A DNA stretch of 33,258 nt from Vicugna vicugna (taxonomy: Eukaryota), in the NCBI GenBank assembly GCA_013265495.1, contig MU058718.1:4140678-4173935 (forward strand), read 5' to 3'. The position numbers and the translations under genes were made by a program. Each line of letters opens with the position of its first letter. The first letter of the stretch is position 1. Shown piece by piece: positions 1 through 13,262 of this stretch. A model generated the notes under the pieces. That model made no database searches, was not told the DNA's origin, and saw nothing but the letters and a program-made list of their open reading frames with translations.

Positions 1-255
1 CTTACTCAAAATTGCAAATCTTCAAAATAATGCTTTCTTTTATAAAGAGTCTGAATTATAATTTGGCTCACCCTTTATGGTTTTAAACATTTGGTTTGTT
101 TTATTTGGGAAACACTTTAAATAATTGTTTAATCCTCATAATACTTTTTCTAAAAAAGAAGCTGGGCAGATTCACAGATACTCAGAAGTAGTACATTTTA
201 TTTCTGGTAGAGATGGAAAGAACTTTAGTGTTCTAAGCATTCTCCAGACTTTCAG

Positions 256-431
256 CAGGTGCTTCTCAAACTTTAGACTGAATCAGAAGCACCTGGAAGG
301 CTTGTTAAAACCAGATGGCTAGAGTTTCTGATTGAGTAGGTCTGGGGTGGGGCCCAAGAATTTGCATGTCAAACAGGTTCCCTGCTAGTGCTGATGCTGT
401 TGATCCCTGGGTCACGCCTTGAGAACTGCTG
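256..431 (+). mobile_element. MER5A-like hAT-Charlie DNA transposon remnant in the last SOS2 intron
   Basis: CAGgtGCTTCTCAAACTTTAG...ATCAGAAGCACCTGGAAGGCTTGTTAAAAC...AGAGTTTCTGATTGAGTAGGTCTGGGGTGGGGCCCAAGAATTTGCAT...TTGAGAACTGCTG follows the MER5A consensus, including the terminal inverted repeats. Confidence 0.85.
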
Positions 432-823
432 CTCTCAGCCTCACTGAGGATAGAGAAGTAAATGGACAAAAAGAAGAAGCTGGATATTAAGTCCTCTTGA
501 CATCATGTCCTTTTATGTCTATAAAGCTATATATTCTTTTCACTCACTTGCTCATTATTATATTTAAAATGCATAAATTTATGAACTGTATATACAAAGC
601 AAGATAATCTGAGTCTTTATGTTCTAAGATTTCAATTGAAACATCTCATATATAAAAATATTAAACTGAGCCCTGAGTGAAACTGGGAGTAATTTAGTCA
701 TAAATTTGATCATTAAACCAGATTAACCTATTTTGGGCCTTTGGGTTTAAGTTTTAACACATGAGAATTTTTCAGTCTTTTGAAAACTTTTTCTTACAGA
801 TTTTTTTCAGAACAGAGGTATGA

Positions 824-1360
<537 letters not shown>

Positions 1361-2570
1361 CCTTTAGCCATATGTAGTCATTGACACTGGAATGGTATTT
1401 GTAAAGTTGTTTTTTTTAATTTATTCAAAAAAGGCATAGTATTTTAGTACTTTTTAAAAATAATGCTCTTACAAAAATGCTACTGATCAAATAAGCTTTT
1501 AAAAATTCGAAAAATAAAAATACAGAAGTCCTTTACCATTATCCTCAGGTGATCAGTAGCATTGCCTTCTCTTGGAACCTCAGTGCTGCCAAAAGGCCAG
1601 TATAAAGAATTTATATTTGCACTGTAGACTCTGCTAAAATATGGTTTCAAGTAACATTGATTGCACTGAAAGGGGATAGTGCATCTGTGGAATTTTTCAA
1701 ATTTGAATAATAGATGACTTTTTAAGGCAGTGAATTTACACACATATAGGGGGTGTGTGGTGATACTGATTTTAAAGCCTCTTTGACCATCTTCTAGTTT
1801 TTATGTCTAGTTTTTACATTTAGGAAAATCGTGAATAACACCCACTGTACTTAAACTCTTTAATGCCATGTCTTAAATGCCAGAATTTGCTGCTGAAGAC
1901 AAAAATGAAAAATAGAATGAAAATAATAGAACGCACTGTGTTTATTATTTTGTCAAAATGTAAACAGACTACCTAACCCAATCATAGTGGAAAAAAGGGC
2001 ATATATCTTATACAGATGTGCCTTTAGGTTTTTGCAGACTATGGTGTCTTTAGCTAACGAGTTGCCTATTGTTTTGAAAACAAAGTTAATATGCCATATA
2101 TGTACAGTTTTGTTTATATTGTATATTTAAAGATAATGCTAATAACCTATATAAATTTATGTGACTCAAGGCCTATAATACAGTCTGCTACTTTACTAAT
2201 TCGTAAATTTGGAGGATAAGTTTCTTATGGCATAGGAACCAACTGCATTGTCTTCAAAACCTAGTAACTTTCTCTATAAATCTCATGTTAACTAAGAATT
2301 TTTAAAGTATTTTTTTAGATTGGTAATATTTAAACCAGCAAATAATTAAAGCTTTATTAAACTTTTTAATCAGAGAAGTGAGTAAAACTTTTATTTGCCA
2401 TTTGGACTCCTTCCTTCAAAGTGATGAAAAAGCGTGTTTTGCTCCTCGAGCAGTAGCAGCAATTGTAAAGTAGCCAAAAGCCACGTTATTACTGGTCTCT
2501 GGCCTTCTACTGTGCTTTGTATCAGAGTTCCTAACAAGAGTAATAAATCACCCCAGTCTAAATTTTTAGA
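1361..2570 (+). other. SOS2: SOS2 3' UTR (end approximate)
   Basis: AT-rich sequence with no recognisable repeats after the TGA at 1358-1360. Poly(A) hexamers at 1513, 2345, 2356 and 2542, plus several miRNA seed matches. Confidence 0.8.
2542..2547 (+). terminator. SOS2: Likely distal SOS2 polyadenylation signal
   Basis: AATAAA followed by T/GT-rich downstream sequence (ATATGTGTTTT near 2582-2592). It is the last canonical hexamer I found before the VCPKMT promoter. Confidence 0.6.
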
Positions 2571-3012
2571 AGACTTTTTAAATATGTGTTTTCACTATAA
2601 GGAACAAGGAGGTAAGATTGTTGAGTTCTGTAGAAATAATGTATACACACATCACTTCCAATATTTTGTGCAATTTAAATTTCATAGTCCCAAAGAATTT
2701 AAGTGATGTATACTTTAGAGGGGTAACTTTGTCTTCATTGTTAAACGCAATCGACAAGCTTCCTGCAACTATTTTTATACATTCAGATGAAAAATTAGGA
2801 GCATGTTAGGAAACTCTTCATAAACAGGATTATAAACCATCCTTGATGGGATCTTGGAAACTGCCTGGATTTAAGGCGAGTAACTACTGTGTAAACCACT
2901 CTCCAACCAAGTGAAAACATTCAAATTGCCTTTTTTTTTTTTTTAAAGATACTAGCTTTGTCTGGGAAAATGGTTAAAACTGCCTTTTCTTTAAGCTAGA
3001 CTTGTAATTTAG

Positions 3013-3465
<453 letters not shown>

Positions 3466-3468
3466 TAA

Positions 3469-3696
<228 letters not shown>

Positions 3697-3799
3697 TAAG
3701 AGAACGATTTGTAGTTTGCTTTAAACTATGTTTCACTAAAAGCATGATTAATACAAAGGGAACTTTCTGGGTCTTGTTTATTAAACAAGAACATTTTAA

Positions 3800-3925
<126 letters not shown>

Positions 3926-4607
3926 TAATGAGTGACGTCTCTTCGTTTAGAAGATGTACTGTATTTCGTGGATTCTAAAGTTTGCATTTCCTCGCATTTT
4001 AACATCTCTTAATACAGGATGTTTGTTCTATAGTAGATGACACAATAAAGAGAAAGTAAAGGTCACCAAGGACTACATATATACCCTCATGATTAACATA
4101 GAGGCCATTGAAGCACCTTGAGAAAAGTGCCAAGTGCGTTTTACTAGAGGCTTCTGTAAAATTTTTGAAGGATTTTGCCATTTGGATCTCCTATGAAAAA
4201 CTTAAGGTTTTTTGGTGTGTTTTTTGTTTGTTTTTTTGCTTAGCTAGTCTTAGTTAACATGTTAAACATGACATTAATAAGTTGCATCATAAAGAATTCA
4301 TTGTGGCAAGATTTATTATATTTATAGAATTTTTTTTTAAGTATCAGTTTATATAATGTTGTGGGCATCACTCATTTTTTAAATAGTGAGCATTGAACCA
4401 TCATTTGTTCAAATTAGAGTTAGGCTTGCTTTTGTAGGTAGATTGTTGATTGTTTAAATCCCAAGTTAAATCAAATAAAATTTTAAGAGTGCAGTCAGTT
4501 CCATTTGTTTACCCATGGGAACTCCAGAATGCAGTCATTTGAATCCTTTCTCTGGAAACTGAAATCAATACAATGGTTAGTTAAGAATAGTTTACCAGTC
4601 ATCAGTT

Positions 4608-4896
4608 GGATAAAGAAGTTGTGATATATATTGACAGTGGAATACTACTCAGCCGTAAAAGAGAATAAATTGGAAGTTGGGGATTTGCAGATACTAGGTA
4701 CTGTATATAAAATAGATAAATAGCAAGGTCCCACTGTAGAGCACAGGGAACTATATTCAATACCTTGTAAGGGCCTATAATGAAAAAGAATATGAAAAAA
4801 TATACATATAAACTGAATCACTGCTGTACACCTGAAACTAACAAACATTGTAAACCAACTATAGTTTAATTAAAAAAAAATTCTAAAAAAAAAAAG
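4608..4896 (+). mobile_element. Short LINE-1 insertion (ORF2 end fused to an artiodactyl-type 3' UTR, poly(A) tail, 19-bp TSD) in VCPKMT intron 3
   Basis: GGATAAAGAAGTTGTGATATATA...GGAATACTACTCAGCC (L1 ORF2 end), then AGCAAGGTCCCACTGTAGAGCACAGGGAACTATATTCAAT...GAATCACTGCTGTACACCTGAAACTAAC...A-rich tail. Flanked by AGTTTACCARTCATCAGTT at 4589-4607 and 4897-4915. Confidence 0.88.
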
Positions 4897-5050
4897 AGTT
4901 TACCAATCATCAGTTACAGAGCTTTAACTATTGTACTTTGTTGGATTGTTTTCAAAGATGGATAAGTTGTAGGAGAGTTATAATTATCCACTCTACCTCC
5001 CCTGCTCCCATATAAATTTTTTTATTAATACAAATTTTTATAAGTTGTAA

Positions 5051-5251
<201 letters not shown>

Positions 5252-5639
5252 TGATTTTGTGTTCAAGTGTATTATGGCAATTTTGAGTGGGGAAAACATT
5301 CTGTTTATATGAACCCAAGGAGAGGATCCTTCACAGCACACCATTCTAATAACTGTCCCCCTCCCCATTTTTAATCTTTTCTGATCCTTTATTTTTTTTT
5401 TTCTAATTTGTTAATCTAGTATCTGTAAAACAATGTAAAATAGTAATATGACACCCTTGTCTTTCCTGAGAAAGTTTTCAGTGTTTCTTTATTAAACATG
5501 ATACTGGCTTTCTGGGACATATTAATGATGTTTATGTTATTTTTTGGAGAATGATATGTAGTACATTTTTATTTCAGTGTTTTCCACTATATTTTTATGA
5601 TAGCTTTGACCAAGATACCCAATCTGTTTTGAGGTTTTT

Positions 5640-6050
5640 TTCTTTTCTTTTTTTTTTTCTTTTGAAAGAATTGAAGGCCCACAGGAAGTTGCAGAATTCG
5701 CAGATAGAGTCCCAAGTATCTTTTACCCATCTTCCTCCATTGGTCACCAAACCCTTTTTATAGGCAAAAATCCATCACAAGTGACTCCTCTTAAGGATAC
5801 ATCTTTATAACCTTGCAGTTTTACCTTCTGAAAGGGTTACTTTGGGTAAAGTGACTTTTCATGACTGCCTGAGGTATATGGTGAGAGAGTTTTTTATTTT
5901 CATGTTTTTCTTGAATATGAAGAATGTGTAAAATGCACATATCAAGTGCTTACCTGAATTTTTCACGTACTCCTTCCTAGTCAGTACTCTAAAGGTAACT
6001 ACCATTCTGATTTTCTGTCACCACAGGATAGTTAATATTATTGAATTTGA
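5640..6050 (-). mobile_element. Degraded old L1 (L1MC/L1ME-like) 3'-end fragments in intron 4
   Basis: T-run followed by CACAGGAAGTTGCA...GAGTCCCAAGTATCTTTTACCCATCTTCCTCC, and GGTAACTACCATTCTGATTTTCT, resembling antisense L1M 3' ends. Confidence 0.45.
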
Positions 6051-6074
6051 AGTATATCTCTTTTAAATTTATAG

Positions 6075-6239
<165 letters not shown>

Positions 6240-7144
6240 TGAGCTTATGTGTAGTATAGATGTTAATTTTCATGTGGGGAAACAGCTACGATGATTCACG
6301 ACTCAGGCACTAACTCTTACTGTTAAGATTGCCTAACTTACCTGGCCTGGGGTTCTTCCTCTAAATTAAGGCAGGCTTCTTGTCAAGGTTCTTTCCAGCT
6401 ATAAGTTATTTGGCTCTGTAACTGGGCATCACCTCAGACAATAACTTTGCTATTTATAAGTCTCTGTTATCCCTTAGAGATCTTAAAATTCCAGTTCTGA
6501 CCTTTGTGAACTTCCTCCAACTGTTCAAATTTTTTTAATAGTCAAAGTAAACTGTAAGAAGGGAGATCTATCCGATAAAGAAGAATGTACTCAGTTAGAT
6601 AGAATTTATATATATTTCCCTTTTTTGTTGCTGCTTTTACCTGTTACAGTTACATTTTATGCACATTGCCTCTCCAATGCTGAGAGTTTGATCTGTAGAA
6701 AGGAAGAATTGTATCTCATCCATTTTTCTACCCCAGCACCTTCTGTGTGTGGCTTGTGTAAGACAGGAGCAAGATTAATTTTATGAAATGAGGATGCTGA
6801 ATTTAATAAGTTCCACCTGTCTCTAGTATCTTGCCTTTGATTGAATTTGTTTTTGATGAAGTTTTCTGATCATGTGAATTCTAGCCAAAAACAAATAATG
6901 TATGATTTTTGGAATCAAGACTAGGTATTGGGACAAAAGGAAAGAAGAGCAGTGGGGATTAGTAATTCAGATCAGCTATTATGTGGCATGGTGCTGGAGA
7001 TAAAAAGAGAACTTAAAAATATTTTATGCCTTAAGAGATCCAGTTTTAGCTGAAGCTGTTGTATAGATTTAAAAGTAGAAATTTTTTTGAGGCATGAAGA
7101 TTTTGTATTTCCTAAATATGAAGACTTTTTTCTGCAAAGAATCA

Positions 7145-8170
7145 TTTTTTTAACTATATATAATTTACATACATTAAAGTTTACAATTCAGTGGTTTGTA
7201 GTATATTCACAGAATTGGACCACTATTACCACTTTTTAATTTTAAACATTATCATCATCCAAAAAGAAACCACATACCTGTTAGCAGTTACTTTTTATTC
7301 CTACCTCCCCTAACCCCTGGTAACCACCAATTTATATCTCTGGATTTTCTGGTTCTCTACATTTCATACAAATGGAATCACACACTGTGGCTTCCTATGT
7401 CTGGCTTCTTTCATTCAGCAGTGTTTCCGAGATACTTCCATGTTATAGCATGCATCAGCAAGTCACTTCTTTTTATAGTTGAATAATGTTCTTTTGTATG
7501 GATATACCACATCTTATCCATCCATTCATCAGTTAATGGGCATTTCTGTTGTTGCAACTTTTTGGCTCTAATGAATAATGTTCCTGTGAATATTCATGTA
7601 AAAATGTTTGTATGACACGTTTTCAAATTTCTTGAGTGTATGTATACCTAGAGTAGAATTGCTCACTCATAATTTAACTTTTTGAAGAGTTGCTAAACTG
7701 TATTCCAAAGCTGCTATTACCATTTTCCATTCCCACCAGCAATGTCTAAGGATTCCAGTTTCTCCATATCCTCATTTTTTTATTGATGGTTGTTGTCCAT
7801 CTTTTTTATTGTAGTCATCTTAGTAGATACAAAGTGGTAATCTCATTGTAGTTTTTATTTCCCTAATGACTTTGAGTATCTTTTCATGTATTTATTGGAC
7901 ATTTGTACATCTTTACAGAAATCCTTTGCCTATTTTTAAATTGTGGTGTTTGTCTTTTCACTGTTGAGTTGTAAACATTCTTTATGTGTTTTGATACCAG
8001 ACCCATGTACCAGGTACATGACTTGCAAATACTTTCTCCCATTCTGTGGGTTGTCCTTATGTTTTCTTGATAGTATGTCATTTGAAGCACTGAGGTTTTT
8101 AATTCTGATGCCCGATGCATGTTTGTTTTTTTTTTTTCCCTTTGGTTGTTTGTACTTTAGGCATCAACAA
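7145..8170 (-). mobile_element. L1MB-like LINE-1 3' fragment, antisense, in VCPKMT intron 5
   Basis: Typical antisense L1M text: TACAATTCAGTGG..TAGTATATTCACAGA, CCCCTGGTAACCACC, CATTTCATACAAATGGAATCA, TATGGATATACCACAT, CCATTCCCACCAGCAATG, TTCTCCCATTCTGTGGGTTGTC. Confidence 0.88.
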
Positions 8171-8316
8171 AGAACCACCTCTAAATATTATGCATGGTTG
8201 TTCATTTGAATTGCATTTAGCCATTACCAGGCATCTTACTTAGCATTAAGTACCCAGTAAATACTTAATTTGTGTTAAGGACTCAATCTTTTAAAGTTTC
8301 CATTTTTTTCTTATAG

Positions 8317-8331
8317 AAATTTCCATCGTGA
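8317..8331 (+). CDS. VCPKMT: VCPKMT final coding exon (KFPS-stop)
   Basis: Strong acceptor CATTTTTTTCTTATAG|AAA TTT CCA TCG TGA. Total CDS is 690 nt (229 aa plus stop), matching the known C-terminus ...KKKSKFPS. Confidence 0.92.
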   Translation, partial: KFPS

Positions 8332-9445
8332 GATCTTTAAGTCATCTTACCCAAGCCTCTAACAATGTGGGTAAGCTAACAATGTGAATGGAGCATGTGA
8401 ATACAGCATGGGAAGATTGTGTTCACAGATTTTTCCAGCATGTCCTTAGGGGTCTGATATATAGACAATCACCATGGGCTACCTGCAATATGAAAAATGA
8501 CTGACTGCCTGCCTCCCTGCCAATGGGCCTGAAATCTGACTTAGTTTACTTCTAGTTCAGAATCAACTTATGCTTAAAAGAAACAATGTGTTATCAGTCA
8601 CTCCTCAAATAAAAATAGGTACTGAAGTTAGCCTAAAGTCTGCCAAAAATAAACAGTGAAGTAGCATGGTTGACTTGGCATATTTTCAGGAAACCAGAGA
8701 TAAATTAATCCATTTTCTAAAGAGAGAGATCTCTTACTATTAACTAATGTTTAAATGTAAACCAGTAAATTTTAGTTTGTCTTCAAGATAAATTTAAAGG
8801 AAGATTTTCATTTTAATATAATTATGCACTGGTCTTTATCATATATATCTTCCATCTCTTTGCTTTTAAGATAGTTTTAATACTTGAGTGTTTTTTACTT
8901 AAAAAAATGAAAAAAAAAATTTTGTGTACTTACATTGGCCAAAGTTCTATTCTTTTTCTCCACCATACATGTCTACGTGAATTAGGTAGTAAATTATACT
9001 GTAGTCATTTGGTAAGGATGAAAGCTAGGAATCAGGAGATTGGGAGGGAGGAAAAGATATCTTTACAAAAATTTTTATTTGGGAATGGAGTGAGAATAAA
9101 AAGCCCAGCTTCAGGCTCATGCACTTACGTGGCTTATGCACGTTTCCTCATGTCTGTCTTCCACGAAAATGTGGCTAAAATCCCTAGTTTATAGGAAGCA
9201 GAGAGAAGTTTTTAAACAACTACAAATGTAGTTCTGTATACATTTACTAAGTGATTTTGGTTCTCTGTATTCTCTGTTTTATGTTCTCAAGATAATCATC
9301 TGTTCACAGACTGATCTGTCAAGGACTTCAGTCACACTGGTTCCAAAGCGTAATAGTAACCAGATGGAATTCTAGTACTTACAGGCATTGGTGCTAGGTG
9401 GCACATTTTATGTGTTAAAATAAACATTGTTTTTGAGATCCTGTG
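8332..9445 (+). other. VCPKMT: VCPKMT 3' UTR with several candidate poly(A) signals (end approximate)
   Basis: AATAAA at 8608, 8648, 9095 and 9419. Confidence 0.65.
9419..9424 (+). terminator. VCPKMT: Likely distal VCPKMT polyadenylation signal
   Basis: AATAAA with upstream TTTTATGTGT and downstream GT-rich CTGTGACTTTGTGAATGTTT. Confidence 0.6.
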
Positions 9446-9799
9446 ACTTTGTGAATGTTTCAGAAATAGCTTTGGAGAATTTAAAACAGGTGACTGCTTT
9501 CCAGAAAGAGCAAAAGCAGCCCTATTTAGAGAAATTAAAGATTAACATCAAGAGAACAGTTCTTTCCATCAGGCTTACTTCAATCTTTGAAGTTTGTTCT
9601 GTTTGTTTCAAAATTACTTTATTCATACTGTCCTTAGCATTTTATTACTCAGCGTACTAAGTAGTTAGTGTAACCTAACTGTATGATACTTTGTTAGTTA
9701 CAGATAATATCAGGTATTATTAGTGAAGTCTTAGAACAAAGGACCACTTTCTAGCTTATTTCATAACAGAACTTTTAGAAATTAGTTTGTTGTTGACCA

Positions 9800-10150
9800 G
9801 CTATGGTAGTCCATCCAGATTCCTCAGATCCCTTTCACCTTCCTTCCCCTTTCACTGTACTTCGAAAATACAGTACCTAAGGGTCGTCAGCCTGAAGTGC
9901 CCCTTGACATTCCTGTAATGAAAACCTAGCTCCTTTACCTCGGACAGGCGCACCGTATACTCCAAAACTTCCTGGAGGGGTGGGGCTGGGGTCGGGCTCT
10001 ATGCAACTTTGCCAGAATCACACCCTTGCTTGTGTGTGCTTCCTCCCCTTTCCTGTCCTGTTCTCACTTTCTTACTTGACTTATCACCTCCTTAATAAGT
10101 CATTTGCATACATCCTTTGCCGTCTGTTCCTGGGGAGCTGACCTGTTGTA
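9800..10150 (+). mobile_element. LTR16-like (ERVL) solo LTR remnant
   Basis: The 3' end CTCCTTAATAAGTCATTTGCATACATCC...TCTGTTCCTGGGGAGCTGACCT and the internal CAGAATCACACCCTTGCTTG..CTTCCTCCCCTTTCCTGTCCTG resemble LTR16. Confidence 0.6.
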
Positions 10151-10910
10151 CTGACTGATTTGTAACAAAGTCAAGTGGGATTTTTTTTCTTATACTGGCA
10201 TAAGGCCAAAGTAGTGGTTAAAAGATACCAATCCCCCACATTCTAAGATCAGAGAGCCATGGTGATTAGAACCAGTGAGCACTGTAGGGCTTACTAAGGG
10301 GTGCCAGATCATATGACACCACCCTATCACCTTCACCATCCCACAGACAGCTGGGGAGGCCTAGGAGAGGTCTTTCGGAGAGGTGTAGTGTTGGGGAAGG
10401 GGATTTAGTCCTTTGGGCTCTCTCTTGAGGGAGGAAACAGGGTGCCTCTATACTCACAAACCACAGGATGGAGGCCTGAGGGAATAATTCAAGATCCAGG
10501 ATGCCTCCAAGGAGGGGAGACCAGCATTTTTTCCACTTGATTGGATTTGTGCTTACCCAGTAGATGAACACATCTGTTGTTTAACTCCAGAGCATGGGAA
10601 TGGTAGTGGAGAGGTATTAAAGATGGATTTGATATGTGAGTTGGAGGCTACAGGACTCCTGCAGCAACACGGGGAGGTTAAAAACAGACGGGTGCAGCGG
10701 ATGAGTGAGGTGTGGTGCCACTAGCTGGGGGTCAGTCCAGCTGCACCAGCTCTCAAATCCCAGGGGACTGCCATCGCCAGGAGGAACTTAGGAATAAGCC
10801 TCTGATCCTCCAGGTGAGTGGAGGTTGCCGCTGTGCACAATGAAACCCATAGGCCACTTATCACAATGCAGTGATAGCCAACTGGAGAGCCATCCCCCAC
10901 CTCCAGTAAG

Positions 10911-11072
10911 GCAGTATTCCTCAAACTTGGAGAATTAAATCTAACGTGGAGAATTAAAAGCAAACAAAAACCATGTTTAGGTCCCATCTCAGTCCAATTA
11001 AATAAAAGGCATGATATTTTTGTTAAAGTGCTCCAGATAGTTTTAACATTCAGCCTAAATTGAGAAGTATTG
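10911..11072. mobile_element. MER5-family DNA transposon remnant
   Basis: CAGTATTCCTCAAACTT...CAGCCTAAATTGAGAAGTATTG ends resemble MER5 TIRs. Confidence 0.5.
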
Positions 11073-11872
11073 CAAAAAGGAAATATCTTCTAGCATCTAC
11101 TTCCAAAGAAGAGAGCAAAGAAAGGGGAAGAAATATAAAAGCAAACTGTCTGTTATTAGAGTGGGTCTGTACTGTAAAGGGAGGGAAAGAGCTTTGAATC
11201 TAATACGGAATTTTCTATGAAATAGGGGGTTTTAAAATAAGCAGGGCTTTAGAAACTAAGTATCTGAAAATTTAGAGATTCTGGCCAAGAAAGTAAGGGT
11301 GACGCTACTGAAGAGGAAAGTGGAATTCAAGAGCTGGGAAAAGAAACTGTTACAGGTGTAGCTGCTAATGACTTGAGTCTCCTCTGTATGTTGTAATTTT
11401 CAAGGTCTTTAAGGTTACACAGCTTTAAATCTTAACCTGCTACAGTTCATAACCAAAAGTCCACGGATCATATGTTTGGTGAGTTTGGGAGTGAAGTTAG
11501 GTTATTTTAAATTATTTTGAGAAGTCTTAATAATCCAGGATGATTGTTAGTGGGTTTTTTTTTACACAGCGTACCTTTTTACCTTTTCCTTACCCCTTTC
11601 CTGGAAAGTTTCCTTGTTAAATGATGCCAAATACAATATTAACTCAGACTACAGATACTGTATTCATTTAAAGAGTGTGGGTCATAAAAATATGACTGTT
11701 ATTCTACAGGTCTCCTGTAGATGGCATTGCTTGACTTTGTAATTAAACAGTATAGAGGCAGGAAGTTGTTAAAATAGAGTATTTTGAAATGGAATCACCC
11801 TTGAGGTGAACTAAATTCAATTTTAAAGAACAAACCTACCTATCACGAGTCACTTTCAGAGTACAATGTGAT

Positions 11873-12200
11873 TGTCTTAGTTCACTGGGGCTGCTCTGAC
11901 AAAATGCCACAGACCAGGCAGCTTATAAATAACAGTTCTGGGAGGAGGGGCCGTCCAGGATCAAGGCACCCACTTCCTCACAGGCAACTTAGGTTATTGT
12001 CATCTCCTGTGGTGAAAGGGACAAGACATTTCCCTGGGGTATCTTTTATAGGGCACTAATCCCATTTATGAGAGCTTCACCCTCATGAGCTACCCATCTC
12101 CCAGATGCCCCAGCTCCAGTACCATCACACTCAGGGAATAGGTTTCAACATATGAGTTGGGGATTAGTGCAAAAGAGGTGCAAACATTCAGACCATAACG
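11873..12200 (-). mobile_element. MLT1A-like MaLR solo LTR
   Basis: TGTCTTAGTTCACTGGGGCTGCT..ACAAAATGCCACAGAC...GGGCACTAATCCCATTTATGAG..CACCCTCATGA...TTTCAACATATGA...CAAACATTCAGACCATAAC. Confidence 0.85.
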
Positions 12201-13059
12201 GTATTGTAAGTGAAACTGGATTTTTTTTCCCCTATAAAGTTGTATTTATATTTCTGTTTATTGCATTCTGATATGCTTATTGAATGTCATTCATAAAGCT
12301 ACATAACATGCAATTCGTAAACCATTTCTTTGTTATTTATATCTTCTGTAAGAGACATTTCAAAGGCTAAATTTTCATTCAAGTCAATTTCTGAAAATTA
12401 AATTCACCTTGAGAGTACCTTTTATATAATGCATGATCTTACACCTCAGGTACCTGAAACTTCTAATTAATTTAATTAGCTTTTCAAACCAGTATATCTT
12501 CCTCATTAGAGTAGTAAATAGCTTTCACATCAAAAGACTGAAGTTCTGTCTGGCTATATCACAATTCTGTAAGCTTAGGCCACCTTTTTTACTTTCAGTT
12601 TTAACTTTTCCTTAAGCAACACCAGGATTTCAAAGAGTCTGATTCCTTGATAATAAACATTTTGAAAGTAGAGTACTGAGTTTTCATACCATAGAGAACT
12701 TCAGGCTAATTCAAACACAGAAAGTTTGTGGCAACAAAATTTTATTGAAAATTAATCAAGTAATGGAAAAACAAAGTTTTCACTTTAAATGATTTTGAGT
12801 AGGAAAGCAGAAATTCTGAAACCATTTTCGCCAGTTAGGTTAAAACTGTTAGGTAATTTGGAGTCACTTAAGACATTGTTTTAGGTTCTTACATGTTGTT
12901 GAAGTTCTAGTAAAGATCCAGTGAGTCCATCAATTGTGAGATACATTTTATGTAATTTATTATGAATAACAAGATAGTTTTCAAATAATAGTTTTTTAAA
13001 TATGTTAGAGTAAATTATCTCTATAATAATGTTTTTGTCAGCATTCTGAAAACTGTATC

Positions 13060-13262
13060 AGAGTGCAGGCTTTGAGACCAGATTCTCTGGATTTAAATCC
13101 CAATTCTGCCATTTGCTTAGCTGTGTGACTCTGTGTACCTCAGTTTCTTCACATGTGAGGTGAAGATCGTAATAATTTGTCTCATAGTTTGCCATGGAGA
13201 TTAAATCAATTTACCATATGCAGTATACTTAGGTACCTGGCACACAGCCTTCAGTAAATGTG
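13060..13262 (+). mobile_element. MIR SINE
   Basis: GGCTTTGAG..CAGA..CTGGATTTAAATCCCA.TTCTGCCA.TT.CTTAGCTGTGTGAC...CCTCAGTTTCTTCA...GTACCTGGCACACAG. Confidence 0.8.

Noticed and set aside
8004..8020. Palindrome CATGTACC-A-GGTACATG
   Set aside because: Short, inside an old L1, with no supporting context.
7884..8209. ORFs of 78 and 88 aa in intron 5
   Set aside because: They lie within a decayed L1 fragment.
9391..9404. CTCF-like GTGCTAGGTGGCAC
   Set aside because: Only the 3' half of the core matches; too weak without ChIP data.
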